Below, piece after piece: positions 1-10,063 of a stretch of 64,000 nucleotides of DNA. The DNA comes from an uncultured Rikenellaceae bacterium. GTDB lineage: Bacteria > Bacteroidota > Bacteroidia > Bacteroidales > VadinHA17. The stretch is from positions 28,028-92,027 of the forward strand of contig CAYXSM010000014.1 in assembly GCA_964466705.1 (NCBI GenBank). Direction: 5' to 3'. Under the pieces are notes generated by a model. The model did not search any database and was not told the DNA's origin. It saw only the letters and a list, made by a program, of their open reading frames with translations. A program made the translations under genes and the position numbers. Numbering within the stretch: the first letter of the stretch is position 1; each line of letters starts with the position of its first letter.

Positions 1-1826
1 CCCGGCGGCGGCTCCTCATGGTGGGTGTACCGTGGCAGGGGATCGTAGCCGGCCTCTTCAAATGTGGTTGCATAGAGTTCTATTTTTCCGGTAGGGGTAT
101 AAAATTCCACATTCTCGCCCGGCGCAAAATAAAGATCCTCATAAGGTCTTTCAAAAGTTTTGACTCCCAGTTTCATCATCTCATCAAGGCTGCTTCCCAC
201 CTGTTTCAGCTGCCAGTCGAGCTGGTCTTCTATCTTTTCAAAGGGAAAGTAATCGGCTACTCCCAGTCTTTTTGCCAGTTCACGGGCCATCCAGTATGAT
301 GGTTTTGTATTGTACATTGGTTCTGCAGCCGGGGCTCTGAGGGCTATCTGAGGTTTACGGTGCGGTCCGGTTCGTATCTCATCAAAGCGTTCAAGGTATG
401 TGCATTCCGGCAGTACTACGTCTGCCCAGCCCGTGATCTCCATAGGCATGGTATCGATCACTACAAGAAGCTGCAGGGCCTGTATGGCATTCAGCGTATT
501 TTCCTGATTAGGCAGTGTCTCAATCAGGTTGGTCCCGTTGACTATCCATCCCTGAAACTGGCAGTGGCGGCTGGGATCAGGCACAGTGGCATCGCAAAGG
601 CCATTGGCCAGTACAGAATCAGCAAGTTTATACAGATCGGGAAACTCAGTCCTCCATGATCTCTTTGGCTCCGGGTAAGGAGGATGAGGAGGTTCAGGAA
701 GCTCAAGAAACTCCGGACGGTAGAACCCTCCCCTTCGTCCCCAGGATCCGAGCAGGGCGTTGAGTATGGCCACAGCCCTCAGTCTCTGGGTGTCGTCACC
801 GTACCAGGTCACATGACGGCCTGGGTGGATTATAACAGCCGGTGATGCGTTGGCCATCTCTCGTGCAGTTTCGCGGATGATTGTCGGATCAATGGTTGTT
901 ATTCCGTAAGCCCATTCCGGTGTCATGTTCCTGACATGTTCCCTGAGATATTCAAAACCGTAAGTATATTTTTCGACATAAGCTTTGTCGTACATTTCTT
1001 GGGTTATGATGACATTGATCCAGGCCAGCAGAAGGGCAAGGTCAGTAGCCGGCTTTATCGGAAGCCAGTATTTTGATTTTCCTGCCGCGGTTGAATATCG
1101 CGGGTCGACAGTTATTATGGTGGCTCCCTTGTCGATGGCGTCTGACATCTCCTGAACCTGTCCGTTGTGCATGTTCTCGCCAATATGGCTTCCTATCAGG
1201 ACCAGGCATTCCGTATCCCTTATATCTGTTCTTTCAGGACTCTCGACAGTCTCGCCGAATGTAGCCTGGAAGGCCACTTCGCGCGGACCGCGGCATTGGG
1301 CGTAGGAGGGTGCGGCTACATGCGGGGAGCCAAGGGCACGGAGCAGGGTTGAAAAATATTTTCCGCCCGATCCGTGGGTGAAAAGGGCCATACATTCGGG
1401 CCCGTGTTCTGCCGAAATGATCTTTATTTTTTCGGCTATATAATCAAAGGCTTCCTCCCATGTTGCTTCCCTGAATGTTTGTTTGCCGCGTTCCTCGGTT
1501 CGGATGAGCGGAGTCCTCAAACGGTCATCATCATAGTACATACCGATCCCTCCTGTCCCCCTGGGACACAGACGGCCGTTACAGTTCAGATCCTCCGTGT
1601 TGCCGATGATCTTCCTGATAGCTCCTTTATCATCCCTGTAGACCCACCCCGCGCACTTCCAGAAGCACACCTCACAGTATGTGGGGATACGGCGAAGCAT
1701 ATCGCCCGCAGATTCAGAGAGAGTGTCGCCCGGTCCGCGCGCCAGAAGCCTGAAGCCTGCCGCACCGGCCATGGCAGCTCCTGCCCCGATGGCAGAGATC
1801 CTTATGAATTGCCTTCTTGTAGCCAT
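1..1826 (-). CDS. Molybdopterin (bis-MGD) oxidoreductase catalytic subunit, PsrA/PhsA-like; N-terminal 608 aa, C-terminus off the left edge
   Basis: Absent from the ORF track because its stop lies outside the window. Hand translation of the minus strand from ATG (1826-1824) stays open to base 1. Motifs: MATRRQFIRISAIGAGAAMAGAAG (twin-arginine signal), CEVCFWKCAGW..CNGRLCPRG (N-terminal FeS Cys motif), SYAQCRGPRE, ATIITVDPRYS, HPGRHVTWYGDD. Confidence 0.85.
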   Translation of the reverse strand, partial: MATRRQFIRISAIGAGAAMAGAAGFRLLARGPGDTLSESAGDMLRRIPTYCEVCFWKCAGWVYRDDKGAIRKIIGNTEDLNCNGRLCPRGTGGIGMYYDDDRLRTPLIRTEERGKQTFREATWEEAFDYIAEKIKIISAEHGPECMALFTHGSGGKYFSTLLRALGSPHVAAPSYAQCRGPREVAFQATFGETVESPERTDIRDTECLVLIGSHIGENMHNGQVQEMSDAIDKGATIITVDPRYSTAAGKSKYWLPIKPATDLALLLAWINVIITQEMYDKAYVEKYTYGFEYLREHVRNMTPEWAYGITTIDPTIIRETAREMANASPAVIIHPGRHVTWYGDDTQRLRAVAILNALLGSWGRRGGFYRPEFLELPEPPHPPYPEPKRSWRTEFPDLYKLADSVLANGLCDATVPDPSRHCQFQGWIVNGTNLIETLPNQENTLNAIQALQLLVVIDTMPMEITGWADVVLPECTYLERFDEIRTGPHRKPQIALRAPAAEPMYNTKPSYWMARELAKRLGVADYFPFEKIEDQLDWQLKQVGSSLDEMMKLGVKTFERPYEDLYFAPGENVEFYTPTGKIELYATTFEEAGYDPLPRYTHHEEPPP

Positions 1827-2227
1827 ATAAAAAGCTGAATATGTATTGATATAAAGTTATTGAGAAATTGAAAAAATCCTGCCGGACGGTAAGCGAAAGT
1901 ATATATTTTTTTTTCATCAGGCGGAAATATGATTAATGCGATAAATCCATTGAAGAATCGACAGTTTTACAGATATTCAGTCAGGGAAAAAAGATCTTTT
2001 AAAGAAAGGCAATTATAGCCAGTCTGAGTTTGAACATCAAGCAGAACATACTGATTGTGTGAAAACATTAACAGAACCCTGCAGGAGTCTCTTTTAAGTA
2101 TTATAAACGATGCAAACCCGGTGAAGAAAGATCAAAAGAAATGATATGAATATTCTGATTAATAGAGTTGCACTAAATAACTCAGGATCAGGGTACAGGA
2201 ATTAAATAATCATCCCCGGGATTGGAG

Positions 2228-3022
2228 TCACATAATGATTATCTGAAGTTCCCGGCCGTTCTCCTGCTCGAAAAGCCGTTTTGCCATCCGGGCTTTCTCC
2301 TCACTGAATGAAGGATCGATGGAGTGGGCTTTCATATATGATTCATATGCCCTGTCATACTGCCTGACATACATGAAATAATCCCCCTTTGAATCGTATA
2401 CATTCGGGTTCTTCGGATCAAGTTCGATATATCTGTCAAAGGCTTCTTTGGCCTTCTCTTCCTGGTTCAGATTAATGTACGCATACCCGAGCTGATTGTA
2501 AAACGGCGCCGGATTACCGGCGATGGTTATCGCCTTTTTGATGGTTTCAGTCATACCTTCAATGTCGCCATTAAGCGACTGAAAAGAAATTAGGTGGCTG
2601 TACGAATTGGGATCACCGGGGTAGAGATCCACGAGTTTCCTGCCAGGACCGGTAACATCCGCATCTCCGTTCCTCAGCCTGACCAGAGCTTCCTTCAGGA
2701 GCTCCTCCCCTTCGCTCAGCCTTGCTTTGCAGTTTATGGCAGCATATGAATACCTTCTGAAATTATCCCATGACTGGTTCATCAGATAATAAAGTGCCAG
2801 ATGATAATTTGCCATGAACAGATCCGGATCCTCCCTGAGGGCATCATTGAAGGTCTCTGTAGCCCTTTCAATATTGACGGCATCGTAATACTCAAGCGCT
2901 TTTTTATAAAGCGACAAAGCACTTTTGGATGCGGCGGTGACCGGCATAATCTTTCCGGAGGACTGAGAATACGCGATAACCCCGTATGATAAAAGAACCA
3001 ATGAAAATATCAATTTTTTCAT
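2228..3022 (-). CDS. Secreted tetratricopeptide-repeat protein
   Basis: 264-aa ORF. Signal peptide MKKLIFSLVLLSYGVIAYSQ. TPR-like helices (NYHLALYYL, LGYAYINLNQEEKAKEAFDRYIELDPKNP). Confidence 0.8.
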   Translation of the reverse strand: MKKLIFSLVLLSYGVIAYSQSSGKIMPVTAASKSALSLYKKALEYYDAVNIERATETFNDALREDPDLFMANYHLALYYLMNQSWDNFRRYSYAAINCKARLSEGEELLKEALVRLRNGDADVTGPGRKLVDLYPGDPNSYSHLISFQSLNGDIEGMTETIKKAITIAGNPAPFYNQLGYAYINLNQEEKAKEAFDRYIELDPKNPNVYDSKGDYFMYVRQYDRAYESYMKAHSIDPSFSEEKARMAKRLFEQENGRELQIIIM

Positions 3023-3547
3023 TCGTAAATAATTTTAATTTTAAAGGTCGGATGGAACCACTCATGTTTGAAAATTATTTTCATGCGTGTTTGTGTTTTG
3101 GCAAACATGAGGGTTTCATGTGCGGATTTTTTGTGTTTTGTTTCCAGGCTCAAATTACGCATATTTTGTGCCAAACCGGAACGGGCACGTCAGAATGGCA
3201 TAACCTGTTTTTTCTGCTGTCAGGCCAGGCAATGCTGAAGGCATTTTTTTTCTGCCTGCATTTATCGTAAATGAATAGTTCCTTAAAGCAGCAACTCTAT
3301 TTATCCGTTCAGATCGCACATCAATATGAATTATCGTTAAAAAACAGTACCTTTAGTGTGTTAATTGCCGGCAATAAAATAAAGAGCTATTTATCTTTAA
3401 TAACTGATGTCAACAATCCTGTCTGACAGAAATAAGTTATTGAGAGTAAATATAATGATTCCTTTCAGACTGAAACAAGTACATGCAAAGAAGAATTCAG
3501 CAGTATGTTTTCTTATCCCGGCTGATTAGTTATTAACAAGTATTACC

Positions 3548-5140
3548 ATGTGGATATTTTTAATATTCAAACCTGTTTTTTTCAGCGCCTTAAGTACAGA
3601 AATTTACTTATCGGCCGCAGCAGTCCCGATTATTGCAATATGTTTATTTGTCTGCGAATTGCGTGATTCGGGAAAGGGTATGGGAATTCGGGCGAGCCAT
3701 AAATTCTTACTGCCGGTGATTTTTCTGGTTATTCCGGCCGGAATCGGGATCCGGGAGTCATATTCAGTGATGCAGGAAAGCTGTTCAAAGGACGAAGAAC
3801 CGAACCGTCCGGCAGGTGTACCCGTAGGAATAAATCCTGGCAGGGTTGTCTGGGTCTGGAATCCCGATGCTACAAATGAGAACTGCAGATCCACTTTTGA
3901 CGCACAGGACTGGTACTGGAAACCTGAAAACACAGATAAAAAGGTTGTGGGAACCATGTTCCGCGAGGCTATTATGAAACTGACCGGCGAATCATCAGTA
4001 TCTGCATCATGGGATCAGCTTTTTCGTTCTTTTAATTCAGGAAAATCGGGAGATAACTGTGGCTATAAAAAAGGTGAAAAGATCTTTATTAAGATCAATC
4101 AGAGCCAGTCAAGATGGCTGTTGAACCAGGAAGAAAAGAAAAAAGGATACTATCTGCCTCAGGATCTAAAACCCAGGGAACAAAGACGAAGATTGAATTT
4201 GATACCTGTAGAGACAGGACCGGCTATTGTTCTCGAACTTCTGCAGGAACTTGTAAACGACTTAGGTATAGAACAGTCAGATATTGCTATAGGGGACCCG
4301 ATAGCTCATATTTACGGGCACAATTATGATGTATGGGTCAGGGAATTTCCGGATGTTATTTATACTGACAGAACCTCTTCGATGCATGGCAGAACGTTGA
4401 TCAGGACAACGGATGAAGACCGTATCTATTTTTCAAATTCCTGTCTTTCGGATAAGACTTATGATATTGTTGAAGAGGCTGATTATATAATAAACCTGGC
4501 TAATCTCAGGACTCACGGGGCTGCAATAATTTCACTGACGGCCAAGAATCATTTCGGGAGCATCACCTCTCCTACATCAAAGCTTCTTCATCATACACAT
4601 CTTCTTAAAGGAGAAGAAAGATCAACATATGAAGGCTACTTTCAGTATCGCGCCCTTGTAGATCTGATGGGTAGCAGATATCTGGGGCAAAATACCATGC
4701 TAAACATAGTTGAAGCGTTATTTGGCGGCGGATCGGATGAAACAAAGGTACCTGTCAAATATTTTATGGCACCATTTAACAATGACTGGTGTAATTCCAT
4801 ATTTCTTTCACAGGATCAGGTTGCAATTGAATCGGTCTGCTATGATTTTCTCAGGGCGGAGTGGAATGGAATCCATAAGCATGATCCTTTAAATAATGAA
4901 TGGGAAATTATTCCGGACAGAGACGGGATTGATGATTATCTTCATCAGGCTGCAGATCCTTCAAACTGGCCTGAAAATATAATTTACGACCCGGATAAAA
5001 GCGGCAAACCTGTTACGAGCCTGGGTGTTCATGAGCACTGGAACGATCCGGTAAGGAGGCAATATTCGCGAAACCTTGGGAAATCAACTGGAATTGAGCT
5101 TGTTTCTATACCTGACAGTCTGGTGTTAGAGGGGGGTTAA
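3548..5140 (+). CDS. DUF362-domain protein (start codon uncertain)
   Basis: 530-aa ORF. GEKIFIKINQ and EADYIINLANLRTHGAAIISLTAKNHFGS resemble the DUF362 core. Hydrophobic N-terminus; alternative start at M45. Confidence 0.65.
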   Translation: MWIFLIFKPVFFSALSTEIYLSAAAVPIIAICLFVCELRDSGKGMGIRASHKFLLPVIFLVIPAGIGIRESYSVMQESCSKDEEPNRPAGVPVGINPGRVVWVWNPDATNENCRSTFDAQDWYWKPENTDKKVVGTMFREAIMKLTGESSVSASWDQLFRSFNSGKSGDNCGYKKGEKIFIKINQSQSRWLLNQEEKKKGYYLPQDLKPREQRRRLNLIPVETGPAIVLELLQELVNDLGIEQSDIAIGDPIAHIYGHNYDVWVREFPDVIYTDRTSSMHGRTLIRTTDEDRIYFSNSCLSDKTYDIVEEADYIINLANLRTHGAAIISLTAKNHFGSITSPTSKLLHHTHLLKGEERSTYEGYFQYRALVDLMGSRYLGQNTMLNIVEALFGGGSDETKVPVKYFMAPFNNDWCNSIFLSQDQVAIESVCYDFLRAEWNGIHKHDPLNNEWEIIPDRDGIDDYLHQAADPSNWPENIIYDPDKSGKPVTSLGVHEHWNDPVRRQYSRNLGKSTGIELVSIPDSLVLEGG

Positions 5141-5223
5141 TTAAACCGCCTTGAGGTTTTATCTGAAAGAGACACATTTTGCGGTGATCTGTAATACAGT
5201 GCCAAAGCTGTCGGGGGCATTGC

Positions 5224-6108
5224 TTAAAGTTCAAGAGGCCTTTCGTGTTTTATGAATGTCCTGTTATCCAGGTCCCTGAAAGCTTCGTTCAGCTCTTCCT
5301 CGGTATTCATTACAATCGGGCCGCCCCATGCAACAGGTTCCTGAAGCGGTCTGGCAGCCAGAAGCAGGAACCTCGCCCCTTCAGGCCCTGCCATTACCCT
5401 TACCTCATCAAATTCCGAACTGTTCCCTGACGAAGCTTTAAGAAGCATTGCACAGGCTTTATCCTCAAATTCAGACAGAGTTTCATCTGCAGCCAGTGTT
5501 CCCTCGATGAGATACAGGAACATAGTCTGATCATTGGGAGTCTCATTATACTTCCAGACACTGCCGGGTTGCAGATCAACATCCAGGTACTGGACTTTAA
5601 CGTATTCGCCCCTGACTGCTCCCGTCTTTGTCGCGTATCTGCCCGAGAGGACTCTCACAGTTGCGTCCTTCTCGCTGATAACGGAAACATCCTGCTGTCT
5701 GATATCACGATATGCAGGTTGTGTCATCTTATCCTTTTTTGGAAGATTGACCCAGATCTGACAGCCCAGCATCCTTTCGGAAGCCATAGGCATTTCCTGG
5801 TGAATAATGCCCGATCCGGCAGTCATCCACTGACACTGAAGGTCCCTGATGACCCCCTTGTTTCCCAGGCTGTCGCCATGTTCAATCTCTCCCTTCAGCA
5901 GATAGGTCACCGTTTCTATTCCACGGTGAGGATGCCAGGGGAACCCCTTTATATAATCGCGGGGATCTGATGAATCAAAGCCATCCAGCATCAGGAAAGG
6001 GTCAAAGTCCTTTATTGTCCTGTATCCCAGGACCCTGCGCAGACGAACACCGGCTCCGTCAACGGCATGCTGCCCCCTTACTGCATGTTCTAATTTCCTG
6101 AAAGCCAT
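5224..6108 (-). CDS. Pirin family protein
   Basis: 294 aa. PWHPHRGIETVTYLLKGEIEHGDSLGN and SGIIHQE are classic pirin bicupin motifs. Confidence 0.9.
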   Translation of the reverse strand: MAFRKLEHAVRGQHAVDGAGVRLRRVLGYRTIKDFDPFLMLDGFDSSDPRDYIKGFPWHPHRGIETVTYLLKGEIEHGDSLGNKGVIRDLQCQWMTAGSGIIHQEMPMASERMLGCQIWVNLPKKDKMTQPAYRDIRQQDVSVISEKDATVRVLSGRYATKTGAVRGEYVKVQYLDVDLQPGSVWKYNETPNDQTMFLYLIEGTLAADETLSEFEDKACAMLLKASSGNSSEFDEVRVMAGPEGARFLLLAARPLQEPVAWGGPIVMNTEEELNEAFRDLDNRTFIKHERPLEL

Positions 6109-6391
6109 ATTCCCTTTATTTTCATTGAAGAAACTTCCATAATTGATTTCAGATTCAAACCCGTAACGAATATACTATAAAAATAAATGCTGTTTCGCTG
6201 TCGGAGGGAAAAGATCCTCAGCTTGAAAGAGCAGTAGAGGAAGCCCTTAAGCTTCCTGAGCAGCAGGAGGAGATCAAAACAGAACCCCCGGCTTACTCCA
6301 CTCCGGCAAAACGGTTTCGGAAAGCTATCAGGAGAAAAAAAATTGACTTTGGCGTTGCGTTGTGGTAAATTTAATATCAATAATATTTACC

Positions 6392-6799
6392 ATGAAACCA
6401 AAAAATGCCCAACTGAACCGGATCAGATGGATTGCCCGCATTACAGGCACCCTTCTGGCTGTTTTCATCCTCATCTTTGTATCGTTAAGCATTGTTGGTG
6501 AGGTAAAAGAAACTGGCTGCACTTACAGTCTGGCACAGATTCTGACGTTTATTTTCTGGGGAATTGCAATGCTAGGACTGCTGCTTGCACTCTGGAAAGA
6601 GGGACCTGGAGGAATAATCTCCCTGTCAGGACTTGCCATAATGTATATTGCCGGCTTATTTGAGCCCGAAGCCAATAAGAAGGCGATGCTTTGGGTTGTA
6701 ATAATACTGGCAATACCTTCATTTTTATATGTCTGTTACTGGATGGGAAATAAAAGAAGCCAGTCTAAAAAAAATGATCAGAGTTCACAGAGGCGATAG
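6392..6799 (+). CDS. Small integral membrane protein, unknown function
   Basis: The track ORF starts at GTG 6362; the first ATG at 6392 gives MKPKNAQLNRIRW. About 4 hydrophobic helices and a basic C-terminal tail. Confidence 0.6.
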   Translation: MKPKNAQLNRIRWIARITGTLLAVFILIFVSLSIVGEVKETGCTYSLAQILTFIFWGIAMLGLLLALWKEGPGGIISLSGLAIMYIAGLFEPEANKKAMLWVVIILAIPSFLYVCYWMGNKRSQSKKNDQSSQRR

Positions 6800-7065
6800 A
6801 AATTATCGGAACAGATCCGCATCAATTTAAACACATGTTTTTTAAACTCCTTCTGGTATCAGGGATTACAATCAGGCAATAGCTTTGTGCTTTTTTTTGG
6901 TTCAGTTCTTATTTGGCCGATCAGGAGGAATGAATTATACCCGGATTATATGGTTCGTTTTAAGACATTTTGAAACTGGACTAAAGCCATGCTCAGCTTT
7001 TCATCATCAATGCCGGATTTCCATCTGCTATGCCAATTAAAAAAATAATAATTCTGCCATGACAT

Positions 7066-7096
7066 TTTGCATATTTGTAAAAATAAAGTATGTTTG
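7066..7096 (+). promoter_or_regulatory. Bacteroidota-type promoter for the lyase leader
   Basis: TTTG (7066-7069), 19 nt, then TATGTTTG (7089-7096). This matches the -33 TTTG / -7 TAnnTTTG consensus with canonical spacing. Confidence 0.5.
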
Positions 7097-7117
7097 AGCA
7101 ATGATTTATAAGTAAAA

Positions 7118-7174
7118 ATGATCCTGAAGTTAAACATTGGAATCTATTATTACTTTTATTGCAACAGGAAATAA
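7118..7174 (+). CDS. Candidate 18-aa leader peptide MILKLNIGIYYYFYCNRK
   Basis: ATG at 7118, TAA at 7172-7174. Codons TAT TAT TAC TTT TAT at 7145-7159. It lies between the predicted promoter and the leader terminator. It is too short for the ORF track. Confidence 0.25.
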   Translation: MILKLNIGIYYYFYCNRK

Positions 7175-7224
7175 TGGTGAGTCCTGTTTTATGAAATGTT
7201 TATTATATCAAAACTGAAAAATAC

Positions 7225-7254
7225 GGCTTGCCCTGGAAACGGCAAGCCTTTTTT
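7225..7254 (+). terminator. Intrinsic terminator-like hairpin inside the 5' leader of the lyase gene
   Basis: GGCTTGCC (7225-7232), an 8-nt loop, GGCAAGCC (7241-7248), then TTTTTT (7249-7254). It ends 23 nt before the ATG at 7278. Confidence 0.6.
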
Positions 7255-7277
7255 AATATAAATACCAACAACCAATT

Positions 7278-8744
7278 ATGGAAAAAACTCATAAAAACAG
7301 TAAAGTAAAGTTTTTCAACGAACAGGATATACCTCTTGAAATGCATAAGGTAAGGGTTGTCCAGAAACTAAATCTCCTGCCGATTGAGGAGAGGAAGAAA
7401 GCGATGGAAGAAGCAGGATTCAACACCTTCCTGTTGCAGAACAAGGATGTATTCCTCGATATGCTTACAGACAGTGGCACCAATGCCATGAGCGACAATC
7501 AGGTGGCGGCAATGATGGTAGCGGATGACTCTTATGCAGGTTCTTTCAGCTATTCAAAGCTTGAAAAAGCAATAAAAGACGTATTCAACCAGAAATATTT
7601 TCTGCCTGTTCACCAGGGAAGGGCTGCCGAACATATCATTTCACAGGTATTCATTCCAAAAGGGAACATTGTCGTGACAAACTATCATTTCACAACAACA
7701 AAAGCTCATATAGAGCTTGTTGGAGGCGTGGTTTATGAAGCATACCGCGATGAAGCCCTGAATATAAAGAGCGATCATCCTTTCAAAGGCAATATAGATA
7801 CTGATAAGCTCGAAGCTGTCATAAAGCAGTATGGTGCGGAAAAAATTGCATTCATCCGTTTTGAAGCCGGTACAAACCTGATCGGGGGACAACCGTTTTC
7901 AATGCAGAACATGAAAGATGTATGGCAGATATCCCGGAAACATGGAATAAAAGTCCTTATGGATACCAGTCTTATCAACGAGAATCTCTATTTCATCAAG
8001 ACCAGGGAGAAGGGGTATGAAAACCTCACGATAAAAGAGATATTGCATGAAATGATGAGTTATACCGATTTTTCGTATTTCTCCGGGCGTAAGGTAAGCT
8101 GTACGAGGGGAGGCGGTATCTGTACCAACGACAGGGAGATATATATGAAAATGAGAGATCTGGTTCCCTTGTTTGAGGGATTTCTTACATACGGTGGCAT
8201 GAGTGTCCGTGAGATCGAAGCAATGGCTGTCGGGCTGTATGAGACTCTTGATATGGATGTTATAAGTCAGTCACCCGGGTTCATCAAATATGCTGTTGAT
8301 TCATTCGTGGAAAAAGGCGTGCCTGTGGTAACTCCTGCCGGGGGCTTGGGATGCCATCTCGATGCAAGGGGTTTTATACCGCATGTTCCCCAGAGTGAAT
8401 ATCCGGCAGGCGCACTGGCAGCAGCACTTTATATAGCCTCCGGTGTAAGAGGAATGGAACGCGGAAGCATTTCAAGCGTCAGAGACGAAAATGGAAATGA
8501 TATCCCGGCGGATGTTGAGCTGCTTCGTCTGGCATTTCCAAGAAGGGTATTCACCCTGTCGCAGGTCAAGTATATGGAAGACAGGGTAAACTGGCTGTAT
8601 GAGAACAGGAACCTTATAGGAGGACTGGAATGGATCGAGGAACCTCCCGTGCTAAGATTCTTTGTGGGAAAACTTAAAGCCAAGACAAACTGGCCGGATA
8701 AGTTGGCAGAGAAATTCAGGAACGACTTCGGAGATTCACTGTAA
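7278..8744 (+). CDS. Beta-eliminating lyase, tryptophanase / tyrosine phenol-lyase family (PLP)
   Basis: 488 aa. FLDMLTDSGTNAMSDNQVAAMMVADDSYAGS, HQGRAAEHI, GGQPFS and the FSGRK (PLP-Lys region) align by eye with E. coli TnaA. I cannot tell Trp from Tyr specificity. Confidence 0.85.
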   Translation: MEKTHKNSKVKFFNEQDIPLEMHKVRVVQKLNLLPIEERKKAMEEAGFNTFLLQNKDVFLDMLTDSGTNAMSDNQVAAMMVADDSYAGSFSYSKLEKAIKDVFNQKYFLPVHQGRAAEHIISQVFIPKGNIVVTNYHFTTTKAHIELVGGVVYEAYRDEALNIKSDHPFKGNIDTDKLEAVIKQYGAEKIAFIRFEAGTNLIGGQPFSMQNMKDVWQISRKHGIKVLMDTSLINENLYFIKTREKGYENLTIKEILHEMMSYTDFSYFSGRKVSCTRGGGICTNDREIYMKMRDLVPLFEGFLTYGGMSVREIEAMAVGLYETLDMDVISQSPGFIKYAVDSFVEKGVPVVTPAGGLGCHLDARGFIPHVPQSEYPAGALAAALYIASGVRGMERGSISSVRDENGNDIPADVELLRLAFPRRVFTLSQVKYMEDRVNWLYENRNLIGGLEWIEEPPVLRFFVGKLKAKTNWPDKLAEKFRNDFGDSL

Positions 8745-8766
8745 TATTTGGTGCATTCAAGGATAA

Positions 8767-8874
8767 GTGTAAAAGCCGGTAAGGCAAACCACTTTCAGCC
8801 GGACATGCGGTTAAAGATTAAGCCATATGATACCAGGTATTTACAATATGCAGGAGGCGGTAAATCAATTCCGG
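8767..8874 (+). repeat. Intergenic repeat, family B copy K
   Basis: GTGTAAAAGCCGG..ACCACTTTCAGCCGGAC..TATTTACA..TAAATCAATTCCGG aligns with copies at 43609, 24402, 20221 and 35437. Starts 23 nt after the lyase stop. Confidence 0.6.
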
Positions 8875-8884
8875 TTTAAGATGA

Positions 8885-10063
8885 TCATTGTCCCGGCTTT
8901 TGCACCTCTGAATCATATTCCCCAAGGTTCAGCGGATATTTTCCATACTCCCTTACGATCTTAACAATGTAGTCATACGTCTTGCCGGCAACACCGCCTG
9001 AGACTGAGTGGTCGGACTGGAAAATATAGCCTCCTCCCTTTGCAGCATTGAGCTTTCTGAGTGTTTCACGTTTTATCAGATCAAGGTCATTTGTCTCCCA
9101 CACCAGTATGTCATTGTTTCCGCAATAACCCATTCTGTTCCCAAACACCTTCTTCAGGTTTATGGCATCCATGCCCGCCTTGACCTCAAGCGGATTATAG
9201 GCATCAAGTCCCATAATGGCAAAGTCGTCAAGAATTGCGTTAACATTTCCGCATCCGTGATAAATTACGGGAAGTCCGTTTTCATGGCAAATATCAATCA
9301 TTTTTTTTACCCATGGCCGGAAGTATTTACGCCAGTAATCAGGATCGAACAGCAAAGAATGTTTATAGGCCACGTCCCCCCAGATTACAAAACCATCAAG
9401 AAGTCCGTCGGCTGCCTTTATTTGTGCTCTGGCGGAATCGGCATAGAACCGGCCGATCCTGTTGATGACATCACCAAGTCTTTCAGGATACATTCCTATC
9501 CAGAACAGAAAATTTTCCTGACCGACAAGGCGGGTGAGACATTCGGAACATTCAATAATACTTCCGTAAACAGGGAAATCCGGTCTTAGCTTATTGACTG
9601 TTACTATCCAGGGAGGTGAATTGCGTACAAATCCGTCCCCGACACCTGCAATCTGATTGTCACCTGCTGAAAAAAACCTTCTCGGATCGGCAGGATCATC
9701 AAATACGAGTCCTTCAAGTTTTTCTATTGTGTCAATTTCAAAAGACAACCATTCAGGCATTGGTGAGTCAAACTTTTTTCTGATGGTAGCAAGGAAACCA
9801 GTTTTAATTATCACTTCTTCACTGTTCTCGCGGAGAGTTTCGAATGGTCTGATAAAAGGATCCATATTGGGGGTAGTAACTATCCAGTCAAGATCATAAT
9901 AATAATACGGGTCAGCATCAGCCGGGAGTCCTAACTCATTTCGCCATCTGTCAGTAAAGCTTCCCCAGAAGAAATCACTGATTGGAACCCTGTCAGGTTC
10001 CTGGTGATGCAATGCTTTATTCATCCGTTCAAGCTTGGCAAGACAGGTTGTTGTACGTTCCAT
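8885..10063 (-). CDS. Uroporphyrinogen-decarboxylase (URO-D) family protein
   Basis: 392 aa. LPVIYHGCGNVNAILDDFAIMGLDAYNPLE and YIFQSDHSV are typical of URO-D/MtaA-like TIM barrels. Confidence 0.75.
   Translation of the reverse strand: MERTTTCLAKLERMNKALHHQEPDRVPISDFFWGSFTDRWRNELGLPADADPYYYYDLDWIVTTPNMDPFIRPFETLRENSEEVIIKTGFLATIRKKFDSPMPEWLSFEIDTIEKLEGLVFDDPADPRRFFSAGDNQIAGVGDGFVRNSPPWIVTVNKLRPDFPVYGSIIECSECLTRLVGQENFLFWIGMYPERLGDVINRIGRFYADSARAQIKAADGLLDGFVIWGDVAYKHSLLFDPDYWRKYFRPWVKKMIDICHENGLPVIYHGCGNVNAILDDFAIMGLDAYNPLEVKAGMDAINLKKVFGNRMGYCGNNDILVWETNDLDLIKRETLRKLNAAKGGGYIFQSDHSVSGGVAGKTYDYIVKIVREYGKYPLNLGEYDSEVQKPGQ

Noticed and set aside
1-1826. Selenocysteine (in-frame TGA) in the Mo-enzyme as the reason it is missing from the ORF track
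   Set aside because: My translation shows no in-frame stop. The ORF is missing only because its stop lies outside the window. The likely Mo ligand position reads Cys (SYAQCRG).
9008-9589. 193-aa plus-strand ORF
   Set aside because: It is antisense to the URO-D-family gene, so it is a shadow ORF. The same reasoning applies to 5569-5970, 12103-12525, 26357-26710, 45562-46065 and 61364-61738.
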